IMG/VR virus record: IMGVR_UViG_3300029237_000366
DNA length: 64,000 nt
From: a virus
Reading direction: 5' to 3' (one strand)
The notes below the pieces were generated by a model. The model was not told the origin of the DNA. It made no database searches and worked only from the letters and a program-made list of their open reading frames with translations. Made by a program: the position numbers and the translations under genes. Shown piece after piece: positions 10,279 to 19,165 of this stretch (positions within the stretch are counted from its first letter, which is position 1; every line of letters begins with the position of its first letter).

Positions 10279-10716
10279 TTATGCCGGAACGGCAGCATTC
10301 AAGCGGATTGCCTTATGCCAAACGGCAAGCAGCACCTCAGTATCCAGAAAGGAAATAGCGGAGGTAGCGAGGAGATTTGCTGCTGCTATCTGCCGCATAT
10401 AGCGGTTGGACAATGTGGTGATATACTGACCGATGCGTTCTTTCGACATACATTCGGGATTCTCGCACAGAACCATGCTATCCAAGCGAAGGCCACTGTC
10501 AGCCGACTTGATAACAACATGGGTGGGCTGTCCGGCTTTCTTAATGGAACTGGTGATGGGAAGGGCGATGATGTTGGGACTGTGTGCGTTGCCGACATTG
10601 TTCTGAAAAACAACACCGGGGCGCCAGCCATTTTGTTCGCAGCCGCTTCCTCCAAAGTTCATCAGATATACTTCCCCAATTTGAGGGACTCGCTGCTCAT
10701 TATGATGAAAACCCAA
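10279..10716 (-). CDS. MazF/PemK-family mRNA-interferase toxin
   Basis: IGEVYLMNFGGSGCEQNGWRPGVVFQNNVGNAHSPNIIALPITSS...PTHVVI matches the MazF/PemK core; no MazE-like partner is obvious. Confidence 0.7.
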   Translation of the reverse strand: MGFHHNEQRVPQIGEVYLMNFGGSGCEQNGWRPGVVFQNNVGNAHSPNIIALPITSSIKKAGQPTHVVIKSADSGLRLDSMVLCENPECMSKERIGQYITTLSNRYMRQIAAANLLATSAISFLDTEVLLAVWHKAIRLNAAVPA

Positions 10717-10810
10717 GGTACTAACTCCTTCAATTCAATTATGTTGATAGTTGGAGTATAGCATAATGGTGGTTTCAAGTCAAGTCAATTATATAGACAA
10801 CATAAAAAGT

Positions 10811-11155
10811 TTATGAGAAAATAAGGGTGTAGGTTTTCTCAGGCTCCACAGCTTTCATGTTACCGCAGCTTACCGTGAGTATAGTACCCAAAGGATTGGC
10901 GTCGCTATTGATTTCGGCAAATTTTATCCGGTCGATGCACATAGTACTTGTCTCGGACTTTAGGCAAATCAGATTGGGATTTTCGCATATCAACATAATT
11001 GGGAAGGACAATCTGATTTTGCAGGGGTCTGCCACACGATACCATTCCTGATTCTCCGTGCAGAAGAGAACCTGTTGCGGTTTGTTTCGGGAACAGTATT
11101 CCTTCAGTTCCCTCACAGAAACTCTTTTTTTCATCTCGTAGTCAGAAACCTCCAT
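10811..11155 (-). CDS. Hypothetical protein; first gene leftward of the lysogeny switch
   Basis: 114-aa ORF divergent from the repressor gene; no HTH seen. Confidence 0.35.
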   Translation of the reverse strand: MEVSDYEMKKRVSVRELKEYCSRNKPQQVLFCTENQEWYRVADPCKIRLSFPIMLICENPNLICLKSETSTMCIDRIKFAEINSDANPLGTILTVSCGNMKAVEPEKTYTLIFS

Positions 11156-11445
11156 TGATTTATGAGGAAGCCCATGTTATACTACAAGTGGGTCATGATG
11201 AGTGGTGTCGTTATGACCACGGCCTGTAAATCTATGGGCTGCTCGCATACTGTTTTCTTGAGTTTGTGTTCATCGGCAGTATGCAACATGGGATAGTCCG
11301 TCGAAAGGCGGGCTATTCTTTTTCCTATTGACAGAAACATAAGTTTATGCTATCCTGTCAATGCAAACAGTAGTTACGGTGTTAATGCTACCACAAATAA
11401 TGGGTCGTGTCAACAACCAATCTCAAATTACGGAGGATAGTCATC
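11156..11445. promoter_or_regulatory. Divergent promoter/operator region between the early leftward operon and the repressor gene
   Basis: TTGACAG-N20-CTGTCAA inverted repeat overlapping a -35-like TTGACA; GGTCATGA..TTATGACC inverted repeat; GGAGG RBS before the repressor ATG. Confidence 0.4.
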
Positions 11446-12252
11446 ATGGACTTCGGCCAGCGCCTGAAAAATCTGCGTTTGGAGCGCGGATATACACAGC
11501 AGGATTTGAGTTCTGCTGTCGGAGTCTCTACCGTTGCTGTTAGGTCGTGGGAACACAATACGAAAAAGCCGAACATGGACGCCTTGATTGCACTTGGGCG
11601 TTTTTTGAACACATCGATAGATACGCTTCTTGATATTCAGCCGAAAGGGAGCGAACAAAACTACACTTTTATACTTTCTCCCGCAGAGAAACGCTTTCTA
11701 CAGGACTATCGTGAGCTTGATTCCCACGGCAAAAAAATCGTGAACACCGTATGCTCTTTGGAGAAAGAGCGTATTGACCTGGCGGTAAAACCGAAGAACC
11801 GCAGCAAGGTTATCCAGCTTGCAAATACCGAGAGAGAGCGGTATATCCCACGATATACTACACCATCCGCAGCCGGTACATCTGTCCCGCTTGACGGCGC
11901 TGACTTTGAGATGATTCTGGTGGACAACAGTGTCCCAGACGAAGCAGATTACGCCGTAAACATCCAGGGAAACAGTATGTTCCCATATATTCACGATGGC
12001 GACATGGTATATGTGAAAAAGGATGCGGAAATGGCTATCGGCGATGTTGGTATCTTCTGTGTGGATGGCGCAATGTACTGCAAGCAGTACTATGTAGATG
12101 AAAATGGGAATCTTGAGTTAGTATCCGCGAACCCAGAACTTCGTAAAACGAATGTCTTTGTGTCATCGGATAGTGGCAGCTCCGTAAAGTGCTACGGAAA
12201 AGTCCTGATGGGGTTCAAACTGGAACTGCCGGACTATTTGTTTGAGGAGTAA
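11446..12252 (+). CDS. CI/LexA-like repressor (XRE-family HTH plus S24 peptidase domain)
   Basis: N-terminal HTH (LKNLRLERGYTQQDLSSAVGVSTVAVRSWEH) and C-terminal S24 peptidase motifs (GNSMFP...VYVKK). Start placed at the ATG with a GGAGG RBS at 11433-11437, rather than the upstream ATG at 11407. Confidence 0.8.
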   Translation: MDFGQRLKNLRLERGYTQQDLSSAVGVSTVAVRSWEHNTKKPNMDALIALGRFLNTSIDTLLDIQPKGSEQNYTFILSPAEKRFLQDYRELDSHGKKIVNTVCSLEKERIDLAVKPKNRSKVIQLANTERERYIPRYTTPSAAGTSVPLDGADFEMILVDNSVPDEADYAVNIQGNSMFPYIHDGDMVYVKKDAEMAIGDVGIFCVDGAMYCKQYYVDENGNLELVSANPELRKTNVFVSSDSGSSVKCYGKVLMGFKLELPDYLFEE

Positions 12253-12284
12253 AAGAGCAGGGCAATCACGCCCTGCTTTTTTCT

Positions 12285-12515
12285 TTACTGGATAGCAGAC
12301 TGAATGTGGCTTTTTGCGTCGTCGATTTTTTCGAGCGCATCATTCAGACTATCCAATGCGTCTTCCATCTTTTCAAACCGTTCTGTGCTTTGCAGATTTT
12401 CAGGGTAGTTATCAACACAGTCCTGCTCCTTGTCACAAACCCTTTCTACCACAGAAGCGGCATTGCTCAACATATTGAGGGCGTCTCTGAGCTGCCCCCG
12501 TCTTCTATCATCCAC
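12285..12515 (-). CDS. Hypothetical small acidic protein
   Basis: 76-aa ORF convergent with the repressor gene. Confidence 0.35.
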   Translation of the reverse strand: MDDRRRGQLRDALNMLSNAASVVERVCDKEQDCVDNYPENLQSTERFEKMEDALDSLNDALEKIDDAKSHIQSAIQ

Positions 12516-12550
12516 TCAATTCCTCCTATGAAAGCAATTTGCATAGTGAA

Positions 12551-12943
12551 TTAGGCCGCCTGCCACACACCAGCGATATTCATATCGAGCCGCAGAGTAT
12601 CTTCTGCCGCCTTAGAGATAGAGAACGAAGTGACTTCCTGCAAAAGCTTACAGAAACGATTCTCTCTACCGTTTTCCAAAATGACCTCGTCGCAGAAGAT
12701 GCTGATAGTCAGCACTTTGTTATCCATATTGACGCTTGCGTCAATGACGGAGCAATCAATCTCTTCAAAAAGCGCATCGACTTTCTCGCAAGCTCTGCTG
12801 ACTTGCTCGGATTTTTCCGGTGAGACAACAAAAGCCGCACCGAACTCTTTGGAGGCATCCTCAATCAAACCATGCACCGTGTCAAAACAACCTTTGTATT
12901 CCATATTGTCCGCCCCCTTATTCGATTGGTGTTGTGATACCAT
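12551..12943 (-). CDS. Hypothetical protein
   Basis: 130-aa ORF in the co-directional gene string. Confidence 0.35.
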   Translation of the reverse strand: MVSQHQSNKGADNMEYKGCFDTVHGLIEDASKEFGAAFVVSPEKSEQVSRACEKVDALFEEIDCSVIDASVNMDNKVLTISIFCDEVILENGRENRFCKLLQEVTSFSISKAAEDTLRLDMNIAGVWQAA

Positions 12944-13325
12944 GAAAGGTAAATGTCAGCCGAATCCTGTTTTTTGTCAGAGGATAGACCTCTGTATTGC
13001 TGGCAAACTCAGCGGCTCTGGCAAACCATTCCGGATTATCAAAGTCCAACTTCTTTGCCTCGATAGAGACGCTGCCCATTGTCTTGAACGGCTCACACAA
13101 CTTATATGAAAGAACGGCATCCGTTCCTTTTGCGAAATGCTTAAGCACCGAATATACAAACTTCATCTGCTGATGCTTGGGAAGATTGATGATGGTTGTC
13201 TTCATCTCATCATTCATCACCTCATCATAAATGGCATCGACGAAACTGTCGAACGCCGTTTCAATGTCGGCATCAAGCGCATACTGCAAATCCAAATTGT
13301 TATCCATAAAGACCACTCCTTCCAA
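12918..13325 (-). CDS. Hypothetical protein
   Basis: 135-aa ORF overlapping neighbouring genes in operon fashion. Confidence 0.35.
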   Translation of the reverse strand: MEGVVFMDNNLDLQYALDADIETAFDSFVDAIYDEVMNDEMKTTIINLPKHQQMKFVYSVLKHFAKGTDAVLSYKLCEPFKTMGSVSIEAKKLDFDNPEWFARAAEFASNTEVYPLTKNRIRLTFTFHGITTPIE

Positions 13326-13346
13326 TATCTATTATACCATACACAG

Positions 13347-14036
13347 TCAACTGCAGAGATGACAGGTGATTTCCACCTCGCCAACTGCGTTCTCTCCGAG
13401 AATTTGCAGCAGAGAGTTCGCAATCATGTTTGCGTTGATTTTTCCACTAAAAGAAAGAGAGACCTTTTTCATGGACATGGTTTCGTTCTTGTCAGGCGTT
13501 AAGGCGTGAGGTTCCACCAGCTTAGAAGGAGTTGGCGCAGGCTTTACCTCGCCCTTCAAAAAACCACCCCACGCTTCTCGCTGCTCGGCATTCATGGAAT
13601 GCCCAACGGGGAACTTAACCGCAAGACCATTTGCTTGAATAAACCGGCGTATGGTAAGCGGCTGCACATGAAACATAGCTGCCAAGCTGGTCGCATTTGC
13701 CCCGTAAACAGCCAGCAGGTGATTGAGATATTCCTCCTGCGTCGGCTTGGAAACCTCCTTAAAAACCTCCCATGAAGTAGGTTGGTTCAAGTTGATAGAC
13801 AATGTTTTTCCATTCCTTTCTTTCCACTGCTTTTTCGTCAAGCTATCTGACGGAAGAGAACACTTCCGGCTTTTGCTGCCACACTTGCGATGACGAGCCT
13901 GTTGAGCCAACTGCTTCTTTTGCCAGCAATCATAAGTAAAGTCATCCACCGTGTTCCTCCATCCTTTGATATACGCGGAACCTCTCCTCCAATTCTGTCG
14001 GCGACCGCGCTTTTCCAAGCTTGCGAAAGTTACCAT
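13347..14036 (-). CDS. Hypothetical protein with a putative HTH segment
   Basis: ATSLAAMFHVQPLTIRRFIQANGL looks like an HTH. Confidence 0.35.
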   Translation of the reverse strand: MVTFASLEKRGRRQNWRRGSAYIKGWRNTVDDFTYDCWQKKQLAQQARHRKCGSKSRKCSLPSDSLTKKQWKERNGKTLSINLNQPTSWEVFKEVSKPTQEEYLNHLLAVYGANATSLAAMFHVQPLTIRRFIQANGLAVKFPVGHSMNAEQREAWGGFLKGEVKPAPTPSKLVEPHALTPDKNETMSMKKVSLSFSGKINANMIANSLLQILGENAVGEVEITCHLCS

Positions 14037-14149
14037 CTACCAGTTCATACAAGAAATAGAAGTCGCGGCTGTCTTTGCTTGTCAGGATAAAGCGCAGTTC
14101 GTGATGGTTGTCATAGTATCCCACCCACACTCGCTCACCCTTTGGATAT

Positions 14150-15502
14150 TTAGGTTCGCTCAATAAGTTCCACCGCCTTTCGCAGCAAAACATCGTGTTC
14201 GTTGGGAAGCGTATCAAGAATAACTTCCTCCAGCAACTCATGGAGAATGACTCCGATTTGTTTCCCCTGCGGCACACCGAGAGAAATAATATCCTTGCCG
14301 TTGATTGCCAAATCTTTCAAGGAAAAGCATTTTTCCTGCTCAAGTATCTCTGCCATCAGCACGCCAAGTGCCACACACCGCTCGATTCTGGACTCCTGTG
14401 TACCCTCTGCGTGAGCTTTGATATCCGCCATCCTGACATCCAGCAGCTGAGAAAATCTGTGCTCGCCGATTTTGCAGAGCCACCGGCGAACTGTTTTCGT
14501 TGTTGGTTCTATGACGGTATCATGGTACAAAACAAGGTCAAGCACCTCCTGTTTTGTTGCGGTGTCAAAGCGCAGCCGTTCCAGAACGACTTTGGAAATA
14601 TCATAACTATAGTTTCCGTGTCCGTGAAAATGGCCGCCGTTCTCATCCTCGGTATAGCAGCAAGGCTTTCCGATGTCGTGCAGTAGTAGCGATACCTTAA
14701 CAGCGATGTCCTTGCCTGTATAGTTGGAAACTGCATGAGCGATGTGGTCATAAATGGTGTACTGGTGGTATTTGTTGTTCTGGTCAAAACCGATACATGG
14801 TTTCATCTCTGGAATGATAGTCGCAATCACATCAGGATAATCCAGCAGGACGGGAAGGACGCCGTTTCCGAGAAGCAGCTTACAAAGCTCACTGTGAATT
14901 CTTTCCGCAGCAATGTTCGTAAGCCGCCATGCATTATCGTGAATAGCCTGAGCCGTGTTCTTCTCAATCGAAAATCCATAGACAGAAGCAAACCGTAATG
15001 CACGCAGAATGCGAAGTGCGTCTTCACTGAATCGGGCATTCGGATTTCCAACGCATCGGATAATGCCATTCTTCAAATCGTCTACGCCGTGAAAGGGGTC
15101 AATAAGACCGGCACTGTTATACGCCATTGCATTGATGGTAAAGTCTCTGCGGGACAAATCCTGATAAATGCTCTCTGTGAATGTAACAGAATCAGGACGG
15201 CGATTATCTGAGTAATCCCCGTCAATGCGGAAGGTTGTAATTTCGTATTTGCCCGCTCGCTCCATATCCGCTGTAACAGTACCATGCTTCAGCCCTGTAT
15301 CAATCGTCCGGACACTACAACGGTTGAGATGCTCTTTAACCTCCTGCGGTGTAGCGGAGGTACAGATATCCCAATCCTTTGGCTCTCTGCCAAGCAGACT
15401 GTCTCGAACGCAGCCGCCAACGACATAAGCCTCATGATTTTCATAGCGAAGCCCAAGAATAATCGTCTTCGCGCCCTTTGGAATAGAAATCTTATGCATC
15501 AA
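14150..15502 (-). CDS. cca: CCA-adding enzyme (tRNA nucleotidyltransferase) with an HD domain
   Basis: Class II CCA-enzyme head (GGCVRDSLLGREPKDWDICT) followed by RDFTINAMA and an HD motif (LLLHDIGKP). Confidence 0.85.
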   Translation of the reverse strand: MMHKISIPKGAKTIILGLRYENHEAYVVGGCVRDSLLGREPKDWDICTSATPQEVKEHLNRCSVRTIDTGLKHGTVTADMERAGKYEITTFRIDGDYSDNRRPDSVTFTESIYQDLSRRDFTINAMAYNSAGLIDPFHGVDDLKNGIIRCVGNPNARFSEDALRILRALRFASVYGFSIEKNTAQAIHDNAWRLTNIAAERIHSELCKLLLGNGVLPVLLDYPDVIATIIPEMKPCIGFDQNNKYHQYTIYDHIAHAVSNYTGKDIAVKVSLLLHDIGKPCCYTEDENGGHFHGHGNYSYDISKVVLERLRFDTATKQEVLDLVLYHDTVIEPTTKTVRRWLCKIGEHRFSQLLDVRMADIKAHAEGTQESRIERCVALGVLMAEILEQEKCFSLKDLAINGKDIISLGVPQGKQIGVILHELLEEVILDTLPNEHDVLLRKAVELIERT

Positions 15503-16514
15503 GAGACCTCCTGTTCACGCTGACCACGAACTCTTCGACACGCTTCATATCGGGGTGCTCCGGCAGACTTGTGTTCCGCTTTGCATAATCAAGACGCCTT
15601 TCAAAATCCGAAACCATCTCGAAAAACTCTGGATGGTAGGTGCCATCCTCCAGTTGATAGTCTCCTCTGCGGATACTCATAAGAAGAGGCAGGTCGGCGC
15701 CACGATAAGTGATGATGTCACCTTTTTCAAGGATATCCAGACACATCAGATACAGGCGGATGAGATGCATGGCGTGCTTGTTGAGATGATTGTCATCCTT
15801 CTTATGGTTTCTGTGGTTCAACTTTTCATAGGTGCCGACAACATTGGTCAAGTCGTTTAGAATGCTGTTGAACTCTCGCACCGGATACTTTGTAAGATGG
15901 ATGTCTGCAAAAATCTCTCTGTCCAAATCCTCGCGTGAACTCTCAGCCGTGTAAAGAGTGATGCCGCCATTCTCAAAGACCCTATATCTGCTTTCAAACG
16001 CCTTGACAGCACTCTTCATGGAGTTCAGAATGTGTTCTTCCTTCCGTGCTTGCGGAAGTTTATCTCTGGCAAGAGCATTTTCCAGCCGCCGCAGCTGCTG
16101 ATTGGCGTATCCCCCGAAGGAATTCACCGCTCGCTTGGAGAGAAACAGTTTTCTGTTCTCAATCATTTCTCGCCCAATGTCAGTGCAAACCATGTATTGT
16201 TCTGGACGGCAGCCCAGCATCTCAATCGTATTGGGGTTGCAGTTAAGAAGCAAACTTACAAGCTTATTGAATGAGTAGACTGTGGTATCCGTTTCCGTAT
16301 GAACGACCTGTTCAAAATTGGATAGCCCCAACAAATCGGAACGGCTGTTCAAGGCACAACCACGGATATCCACATCAGAGGTTTCAACATTTGTGCCGTA
16401 AGAATAGCTGCCGCCCAGCGTGAGGAAAATGATTTTGTCTTTTAGGTGCTCATTGCTCCTGAGAAACTCATATGCAGGGCTTTGCAGCATTTCTCTGATT
16501 TGTTCTGTGGTCAT
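15492..16514 (-). CDS. Pol-beta-superfamily nucleotidyltransferase
   Basis: The GSYSYGTNVETSDVDIRG motif (GS..h[DE]h[DE]h) is followed by a helical domain; start/stop overlaps with neighbours suggest an operon. Confidence 0.6.
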   Translation of the reverse strand: MTTEQIREMLQSPAYEFLRSNEHLKDKIIFLTLGGSYSYGTNVETSDVDIRGCALNSRSDLLGLSNFEQVVHTETDTTVYSFNKLVSLLLNCNPNTIEMLGCRPEQYMVCTDIGREMIENRKLFLSKRAVNSFGGYANQQLRRLENALARDKLPQARKEEHILNSMKSAVKAFESRYRVFENGGITLYTAESSREDLDREIFADIHLTKYPVREFNSILNDLTNVVGTYEKLNHRNHKKDDNHLNKHAMHLIRLYLMCLDILEKGDIITYRGADLPLLMSIRRGDYQLEDGTYHPEFFEMVSDFERRLDYAKRNTSLPEHPDMKRVEEFVVSVNRRSLDA

Positions 16515-16529
16515 GGCTATTCCTCCTCG

Positions 16530-16784
16530 TTAAACATTCAGGGCAAGAGTATCATACATAGTAAGAATCCCGCCGACAACAGCAAACTCGTATGTGTGGT
16601 AAGCCGCTCCGGGAAGAACCCCATAGTTGTCGCTCTCATCAAAAACATTGAAGACTTGGCAGCGCTCGTCATGTGACAATTCAAGAAACTCTCTGCACTC
16701 TTCTTCCGAATCAAAGGAATACAGCGTAGCTTTTGTTGCCGACTCATCGAAGCCGACATAGCCTGATACAAACAGCTTCTTCAC
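16530..16784 (-). CDS. Hypothetical small protein
   Basis: 84 aa, lies between the nucleotidyltransferase and cysteine desulfurase genes. Confidence 0.3.
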   Translation of the reverse strand: MKKLFVSGYVGFDESATKATLYSFDSEEECREFLELSHDERCQVFNVFDESDNYGVLPGAAYHTYEFAVVGGILTMYDTLALNV

Positions 16785-17983
16785 TTTGCTACCTCGTTTG
16801 CTAATATCTCAATACAGGACGCAATGATATTCGCTGCGTCTACTGCTTCGTCTGCCGTATTCATTCTGGAGAATGAAATTCGGACAGAGCTTCTTGCTTC
16901 ATCTGCTGTCAAACCCATCGCTGTCAGCACATGGCTCGGCTCAGCCTCATGACTGCGGCAAGCGGAACCGGCAGAGATGCAGATGTTTTTTCCGTCGAGC
17001 ATCAGAAGCAAGGTCTGCCCATCAATGCCGAAAAGGCACAGGTTCAGTGTCTTACCTGGATTGAGAACGGACGGGCCGTTTGTATGGACAATATCAGCGT
17101 GTCCATTCTTTTTCAAGGCGTCTGTCAGCGCCATATAAAAACGCTGCTTAAGCGTAGAAACCCAGATACAATCTTCATGAAGACTCTTGGAGGAGATTTC
17201 ACAGGCTGCACCAAAGCCTACTATACCGGCAACATTTTCTGTTCCGCCACGGAGTCCGAATTCCTGCTCCGCACCGCCAAAGATGATGGGTGCCAACATA
17301 CTTTTTTCTTTGGCGAACAGTGCTCCGACACCTTTTGGCCCGTGAATTTTATGAGAAGAAATAGAGAGGAAATCGCACCCGATTTTCTCCACATCAATTG
17401 GATGACAGCCAGCGGCCTGAACACAATCTGTGTGGAACAGGATACCACGCTTCATGCAAATCGTGCCGATTTCTTCAATCGGATTAACGGCGCCGGTCTC
17501 ATTGTTGACATACATAACAGATACCAGCCCTGTCTTTGGGGTAATGGCATCCTCTACGCTCTGTGCGAACACTTTTCCGTCACTATGTGCGGGCAGATAT
17601 TCAATATAAAACTCGTCTTTTATAAGCGAATGAGCTGCTTTCAGAACGGAATCGTGTTCAATAGCAGAAACCAAAATATGCGTCTTTCCGATACTTTTAA
17701 GATATTCCTTTAAGCCCTGAAACACAAGACTATTTGCTTCGCTACCGCCGGAGGTAAACAGAATCTGCTCCGGCTGGGCATTAAGGAACTCAGCTACCTG
17801 AGTTCGTGCCTGTTTAACGGCTTCACCTGCACTGCGTCCAAACTTATAGAGTGTACCAGCATTACCGTACTGAGTAGTCAGATACGGCATCATAGCATCC
17901 AATACACGCTTGTCTATCTGCGTGGTGGCCGCATTATCCAGATAAATCATGTGCGCCACGCTCCTTTCTTTTCTGTGTTGCAT
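16781..17983 (-). CDS. Cysteine desulfurase (NifS/IscS-like, class V aminotransferase)
   Basis: The IYLDNAATT and SISSHKIHGPKGVGALF PLP-lysine motifs, plus a C-terminal Cys loop (SAGSACRS). Confidence 0.85.
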   Translation of the reverse strand: MQHRKERSVAHMIYLDNAATTQIDKRVLDAMMPYLTTQYGNAGTLYKFGRSAGEAVKQARTQVAEFLNAQPEQILFTSGGSEANSLVFQGLKEYLKSIGKTHILVSAIEHDSVLKAAHSLIKDEFYIEYLPAHSDGKVFAQSVEDAITPKTGLVSVMYVNNETGAVNPIEEIGTICMKRGILFHTDCVQAAGCHPIDVEKIGCDFLSISSHKIHGPKGVGALFAKEKSMLAPIIFGGAEQEFGLRGGTENVAGIVGFGAACEISSKSLHEDCIWVSTLKQRFYMALTDALKKNGHADIVHTNGPSVLNPGKTLNLCLFGIDGQTLLLMLDGKNICISAGSACRSHEAEPSHVLTAMGLTADEARSSVRISFSRMNTADEAVDAANIIASCIEILANEVAK

Positions 17984-18011
17984 TGATACAGCCCATCAAG
18001 CAGCTGCAAAA

Positions 18012-18623
18012 CTACTGTGCGGCAGGCGGTTCCGCCGTTTCATTTTTGTAAACAGCTTCAAGCCGCAGGACTTCATCCAGTGTTCGCGGGGTGTAATCCA
18101 TCCACGGCATCATCGAGCCGACATTATACATAAGGCATGGGTGCCCGTATAATTCCTGCATCAGGAAGCGGTCATGCTCCATCATGTTCCACTCAAAAGA
18201 GTTATGAACATGACCGTACAGATGATACCAGCCGTAATAGTGGTTCTTAAAACACGGGATTGGGTAATGACAGAGGACAACCTTACGGTCGGAGTCCTCA
18301 ACCTCCAGATACTCCGTGACCTTGACGAACTTCTTGAGAAACCGCCCATCGCTGCAGCGGTCATGGTTGCCCTTAATCAGAAATACCTGCCCGTTCAACT
18401 GGTTAAGGACAGAAATCGCTTCCTGCATATTGCACCAGAACATATCGCCAAGAACATAGACGGTGTCACCCGGATAAACGGCGGCATTCCATCGCTCAAC
18501 AAGTGCAGCGTTCATGTCCTCAACTGTTTTGAAAGGACGATTATCGAACGCCAGAATGTTATTATGGCCGTAATGCCAATCGGAGATATATAGTTTTCTG
18601 TTAGCTGCTTGCTGCTCGGACAC
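18012..18623 (-). CDS. Calcineurin-like metallophosphoesterase
   Basis: DWHYGH, GDMF and GNHD motifs. Confidence 0.7.
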   Translation of the reverse strand: MSEQQAANRKLYISDWHYGHNNILAFDNRPFKTVEDMNAALVERWNAAVYPGDTVYVLGDMFWCNMQEAISVLNQLNGQVFLIKGNHDRCSDGRFLKKFVKVTEYLEVEDSDRKVVLCHYPIPCFKNHYYGWYHLYGHVHNSFEWNMMEHDRFLMQELYGHPCLMYNVGSMMPWMDYTPRTLDEVLRLEAVYKNETAEPPAAQ

Positions 18624-18897
18624 CGCTTAACACCTCGATTCTATCTGCTGCTTGGAGCAGCACATTTTTAGGAATACGGCAATCATCACCCATCTGCCCA
18701 TTAGGTTGGGCGCTGCCGTACAGCCGAAGCTTTTCTACGAGACCCTTGTCAGGAAACTCATAGCGTTTCAGATACTCCGGTTTGCTGGCTGGGCATTCAT
18801 AGCATGAACGGTTTTCATATACACCACAGCCGCCGCTTTTATAACACTTCATAAAGTCCTCCTTAGAACGGCAGCTGAACACCGGGGTCTGCATCAA
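18601..18897 (-). CDS. Hypothetical Cys-rich protein
   Basis: CYKSGGCGVYENRSCYEC four-Cys cluster. Confidence 0.3.
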   Translation of the reverse strand: MMQTPVFSCRSKEDFMKCYKSGGCGVYENRSCYECPASKPEYLKRYEFPDKGLVEKLRLYGSAQPNGQMGDDCRIPKNVLLQAADRIEVLSGVRAASS

Positions 18898-19165
18898 AAA
18901 TCAGTTTCCTGACGGCGGCGGCAAACTCTTCCTCGTCGATTGCCTGAATATCATCGTAACGCAGGCGTTCAATCAGTTCGTGAACCGCTTTTGTAATGGC
19001 GGTCTCGACAATGATTTCCAAACGGTCAATGCGCTCATTGGCGCTTCCCACCATTCCCTGCATGATATTGTGGTATGCAGCAAGCTCTCGTTTGGATTCC
19101 CTGTTTTTCTCCATCAGTTCGTGAAGCATGATTTCCTGCTGCTGGACTTTCTCTTCCATTGTCAT
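18863..19165 (-). CDS. Hypothetical coiled-coil protein
   Basis: 100-aa ORF in the operon. Confidence 0.3.
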   Translation of the reverse strand: MTMEEKVQQQEIMLHELMEKNRESKRELAAYHNIMQGMVGSANERIDRLEIIVETAITKAVHELIERLRYDDIQAIDEEEFAAAVRKLIFDADPGVQLPF

